1,250 nt of DNA, taken from the sequence record OR846149.1; one strand, 5' to 3'. Under the pieces are notes generated by a model. That model ran no database searches. It was not told where the DNA came from and saw nothing but the letters and a program-made list of their open reading frames with translations. The stretch comes from a phage. The position numbers were made by a program, and so were the translations under genes. This document shows positions 1 through 1,250 of the stretch, one piece after another; the first letter of the stretch is position 1; every line of letters starts with the position of its first letter.

Positions 1-1250
1 GGTATTAATTACAATAACATGCTGTTAAGTAAAGTGTGCTGTGATGATTTTTCTGTTTCTTGGGATCCTGATTGGCCCAAATACGATCAATATCAAGCAC
101 TAGCGCCGTTTAATGAGCATGGTTCTTTGCAGGCAGGACTTGCAGCATTTGGGAATTTGATGGATGTCGTATTAGGAAATAGCGCTATCCAACTATCACA
201 TGTTATTGAGTCAGCAAGAATTTTACCTCCGCAAGGCAACAATGATCCCTTTTTATATGGGGCTATAACGGTAGGAACAGCATCCAAACTTGAAGTAGAT
301 AGGCCAGATATAAATAGAGTATATAGCCTTGCTGTTACGTCTGATCACGAAAGAGAAAGTGGCAGACCTTCTTCATGGTCTGCAGAAATTGATCAATTCA
401 CTTCTGGTATGCAAGATGGAAAGCGGAGACTTTTTGTTATTTCTGCCGGTAACAACTTAGATATTCGTCCTGACCAAGACTATTGGGATCAAGTCAATCT
501 CGCGCAGATAGAAGATCCAGCTCAAGCATGGAATGCTATTACTGTTGGGGCATATACAGAAATGACCACAAATGATGATCCATATTTTGAAGGTTGGTCA
601 CCATTCGCAATGGCGGGTGATGTTGCTCCATCAAGTCGTTCTTCGGTGAATTGGGCGTGGAGAAAGCAAGCACCATTTAAGCCAGATGTAGTTGCCGAAG
701 GTGGTAATCGACTTTTGTCACCTGATAAGACTGAACTCAGTAATGAAGATACTGTTGGATTATTAACAACATCAGGAAAAACTACCGGTCAGGTTTTTGA
801 GCGGGGTAGTGATACAAGCGCTGCGTGTGCGTTAGTCTCGAGATGTGCGGCTCAGTTAACAGCCGAGTATCCTGAACTTTGGCCCGAGACTATACGAGGT
901 TTGATAATTCACTCTGCGGAGTGGACTCCACGAATGATGGAACGATTTGGTTTATTAAGTGCAGTACATAGTCCTAAAGTAGCAAAAGAAACATTATTGC
1001 GTACGGTTGGGTATGGTGTAACAAACATTGACAGAGCTAGATATAGTGCTGACCATGCGCTTACTTTGATCGCTGAAGGCGAAATTCAGCCATTTATCAA
1101 ATCCCAAGATGCTAATGCGTCATCTGATCCTAAACTAAATCAAATGAAACTTTATCAGTTACCTTGGCCTCTCGCGGAATTGCAAAATTTGCCGCCAGAG
1201 TTAGAAGTTAAACTCAAAGTTACTTTATCTTACTTCATAGAACCTAATCC
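1..1250 (+). CDS. Partial (5'- and 3'-truncated) subtilisin-like serine peptidase, S8 family, with a C-terminal extension
   Basis: Manual frame +1 translation gives 416 codons with no stop, beginning GINYNNMLLSKVCCDDFSVSWDPDWPKYDQYQALAPFNEHGSLQAGLAAFGNLMDVVLGNSAIQLSHVIESARILPPQGNNDPFLYGAITVGTASKLEVDRPDINRVYSLAVTSDHERESGRPSSWSAEIDQFTSGMQDGKRRLFVISAGNNLDIRPDQDYWDQVNLAQIEDPAQAWNAITVGAYTEMTTNDDPYFEGWSPFAMAGDVAPSSRSSVNWAWRKQAPFKPDVVAEGGNRLLSPDKTELSNEDTVGLLTTSGKTTGQVFERGSDTSAACALVSRCAAQLTAEYPELWPETIRGLIIHSAEWTPRMMERFGLLSAVHSPKVAKETLLRTVGYGVTNIDRARYSADHALTLIAEGEIQPFIKSQDANASSDPKLNQMKLYQLPWPLAELQNLPPELEVKLKVTLSYFIEPN. It carries the S8 signature motifs in canonical order (His, oxyanion Asn, KPD-x-x-A-x-G, Ser, terminal GYG-x-x-N). 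No Shine-Dalgarno sequence precedes the first in-frame ATG (nt 19-21), and the frame is open from nt 1, so the start is upstream; the stop is downstream of nt 1250. Confidence 0.85.
118..147 (+). other. S8 catalytic His motif (H-G-S-L-Q-A-G-L-A-A; His = codon 40, nt 118-120)
   Basis: Translated HGSLQAGLAA fits the subtilase His-box pattern H-G-[ST]-x-x-A-G-x-x-A-A (compare HGTHVAGTVAA in subtilisin BPN'). It lies about 111 residues upstream of the oxyanion Asn, compatible with S8 spacing plus a modest insertion. Confidence 0.7.
436..462 (+). other. S8 oxyanion-hole Asn motif (V-I-S-A-G-N-N-L-D; Asn = codon 151, nt 451-453)
   Basis: Hydrophobic strand followed by A-G-N matches the subtilase VVAAAGN(E/D)G box that carries the oxyanion-hole Asn (Asn155 in subtilisin BPN'). 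Confidence 0.7.
679..708 (+). other. Conserved subtilase K-P-D-[IV]-x-A-x-G motif variant (K-P-D-V-V-A-E-G-G-N)
   Basis: Matches the (K/E)PD(I/V)xAPG(V)xI segment that precedes the Ser box in S8 peptidases; here Pro is replaced by Glu. Its position between the Asn box and the Ser box is as expected. Confidence 0.6.
805..840 (+). other. S8 catalytic Ser motif (G-S-D-T-S-A-A-C-A-L-V-S; Ser = codon 273, nt 817-819, codon AGC)
   Basis: D-T-S-A-A-C-A-L-V-S-R-C-A-A-Q-L aligns with the subtilase Ser box G-T-S-[MF]-A-[AS]-P-x-V-[AS]-G-x-A-A-L. The nucleophile Ser sits in T-S-A-A, followed about 65 residues later by the domain-terminal GYGVTNIDRA (compare GKGLINVQAA in subtilisin). Confidence 0.75.
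1048..1250 (+). other. C-terminal extension beyond the S8 catalytic domain (continues past the window); function unknown
   Basis: The S8 fold normally ends shortly after the G-[YK]-G-x-x-N-x-x-x-A segment (here nt 1009-1038). The reading frame stays open for at least 68 more codons (DHALTLIAEGEIQPFIKSQDANASSDPKLNQMKLYQLPWPLAELQNLPPELEVKLKVTLSYFIEPN) with alternating hydrophobic/polar runs (EVKLKVTLSYFIEP) suggestive of beta strands. I recognise no motif in it. Confidence 0.5.

Noticed and set aside
19-21. The first in-frame ATG (Met, codon 7) as a possible start codon
   Set aside because: The frame is open from nt 1, the 18 nt before the ATG have no purine-rich Shine-Dalgarno sequence, and the protease fold needs more N-terminal sequence than a start here would give. 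The real start is most likely upstream of the window.
93-287. The 64-aa minus-strand ORF from the supplied track (MDAVPTVIAPYKKGSLLPCGGKILADSITCDSWIALFPNTTSIKFPNAASPACKEPCSLNGASA)
   Set aside because: It lies wholly inside, and antisense to, the well-supported + strand S8 peptidase frame, overlapping the catalytic His box. It is short, has no recognisable motif, and is the kind of open antisense frame that arises by chance opposite a real gene.
63-842. Six-bp palindromes GGATCC (nt 63-68) and CTCGAG (nt 837-842)
   Set aside because: These are isolated hexamers inside coding sequence with no flanking inverted-repeat structure, consistent with chance occurrence; nothing suggests an operator or recombination site.
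64-1129. Apparent excess of GATC (Dam-type) sites: 10 in 1250 bp, at 64, 85, 244, 343, 391, 487, 514, 577, 1068 and 1126
   Set aside because: This is about twice a rough composition-based expectation, but most sites arise from GAT (Asp) codons followed by a C-initial codon, especially the frequent Asp-Pro dipeptides (WDPDW, NDPF, EDPA, DDPY, SDPK). It is a by-product of amino-acid composition; the sites are not clustered as in an origin or regulatory region.
1-1250. Search for promoters, terminators, CRISPR repeats, IS or transposon ends, tRNA or other structured RNAs
   Set aside because: The whole window is one continuous coding frame with no intergenic space, no direct-repeat array, no terminal inverted repeats and no GC-rich stem followed by a T-run. 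None of these features can be supported.

Overview
The whole 1250-bp window is coding sequence on the + strand in frame 1 (codons starting at nt 1, 4, 7 ...). I translated it by hand and found 416 sense codons with no stop. It is an internal fragment of one larger gene, open at both window edges, which is presumably why the supplied ORF track does not list it. The product is a subtilisin-like (S8 family) serine peptidase. The catalytic His motif (HGSLQAGLAA), the oxyanion-hole Asn motif (VISAGNN), the KPDVVAEGGN motif and the catalytic Ser motif (DTSAACALVS) appear in canonical order, and the domain ends with GYGVTNIDRA. A further 70 or so residues of C-terminal extension continue past the 3' edge. 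The catalytic Asp is not confidently placed; it is either the non-canonical CCDDF near the 5' edge or lies upstream. The only ORF in the supplied track (minus strand, 93..287) is antisense to the His-motif region and I treat it as spurious. I see no rRNA, tRNA, CRISPR array, mobile-element end, promoter or terminator; there is no intergenic DNA in the window. Composition is AT-leaning, roughly 40-45% G+C by eye and not computed exactly. Large cytoplasmic-type S8 peptidases with divergent active-site motifs and extra domains are known components of two-gene defence modules (AAA+ ATPase plus subtilase, e.g. Iet), but no partner gene is visible here. Any system-level claim is therefore a hypothesis to test on the flanks, not something this window shows.
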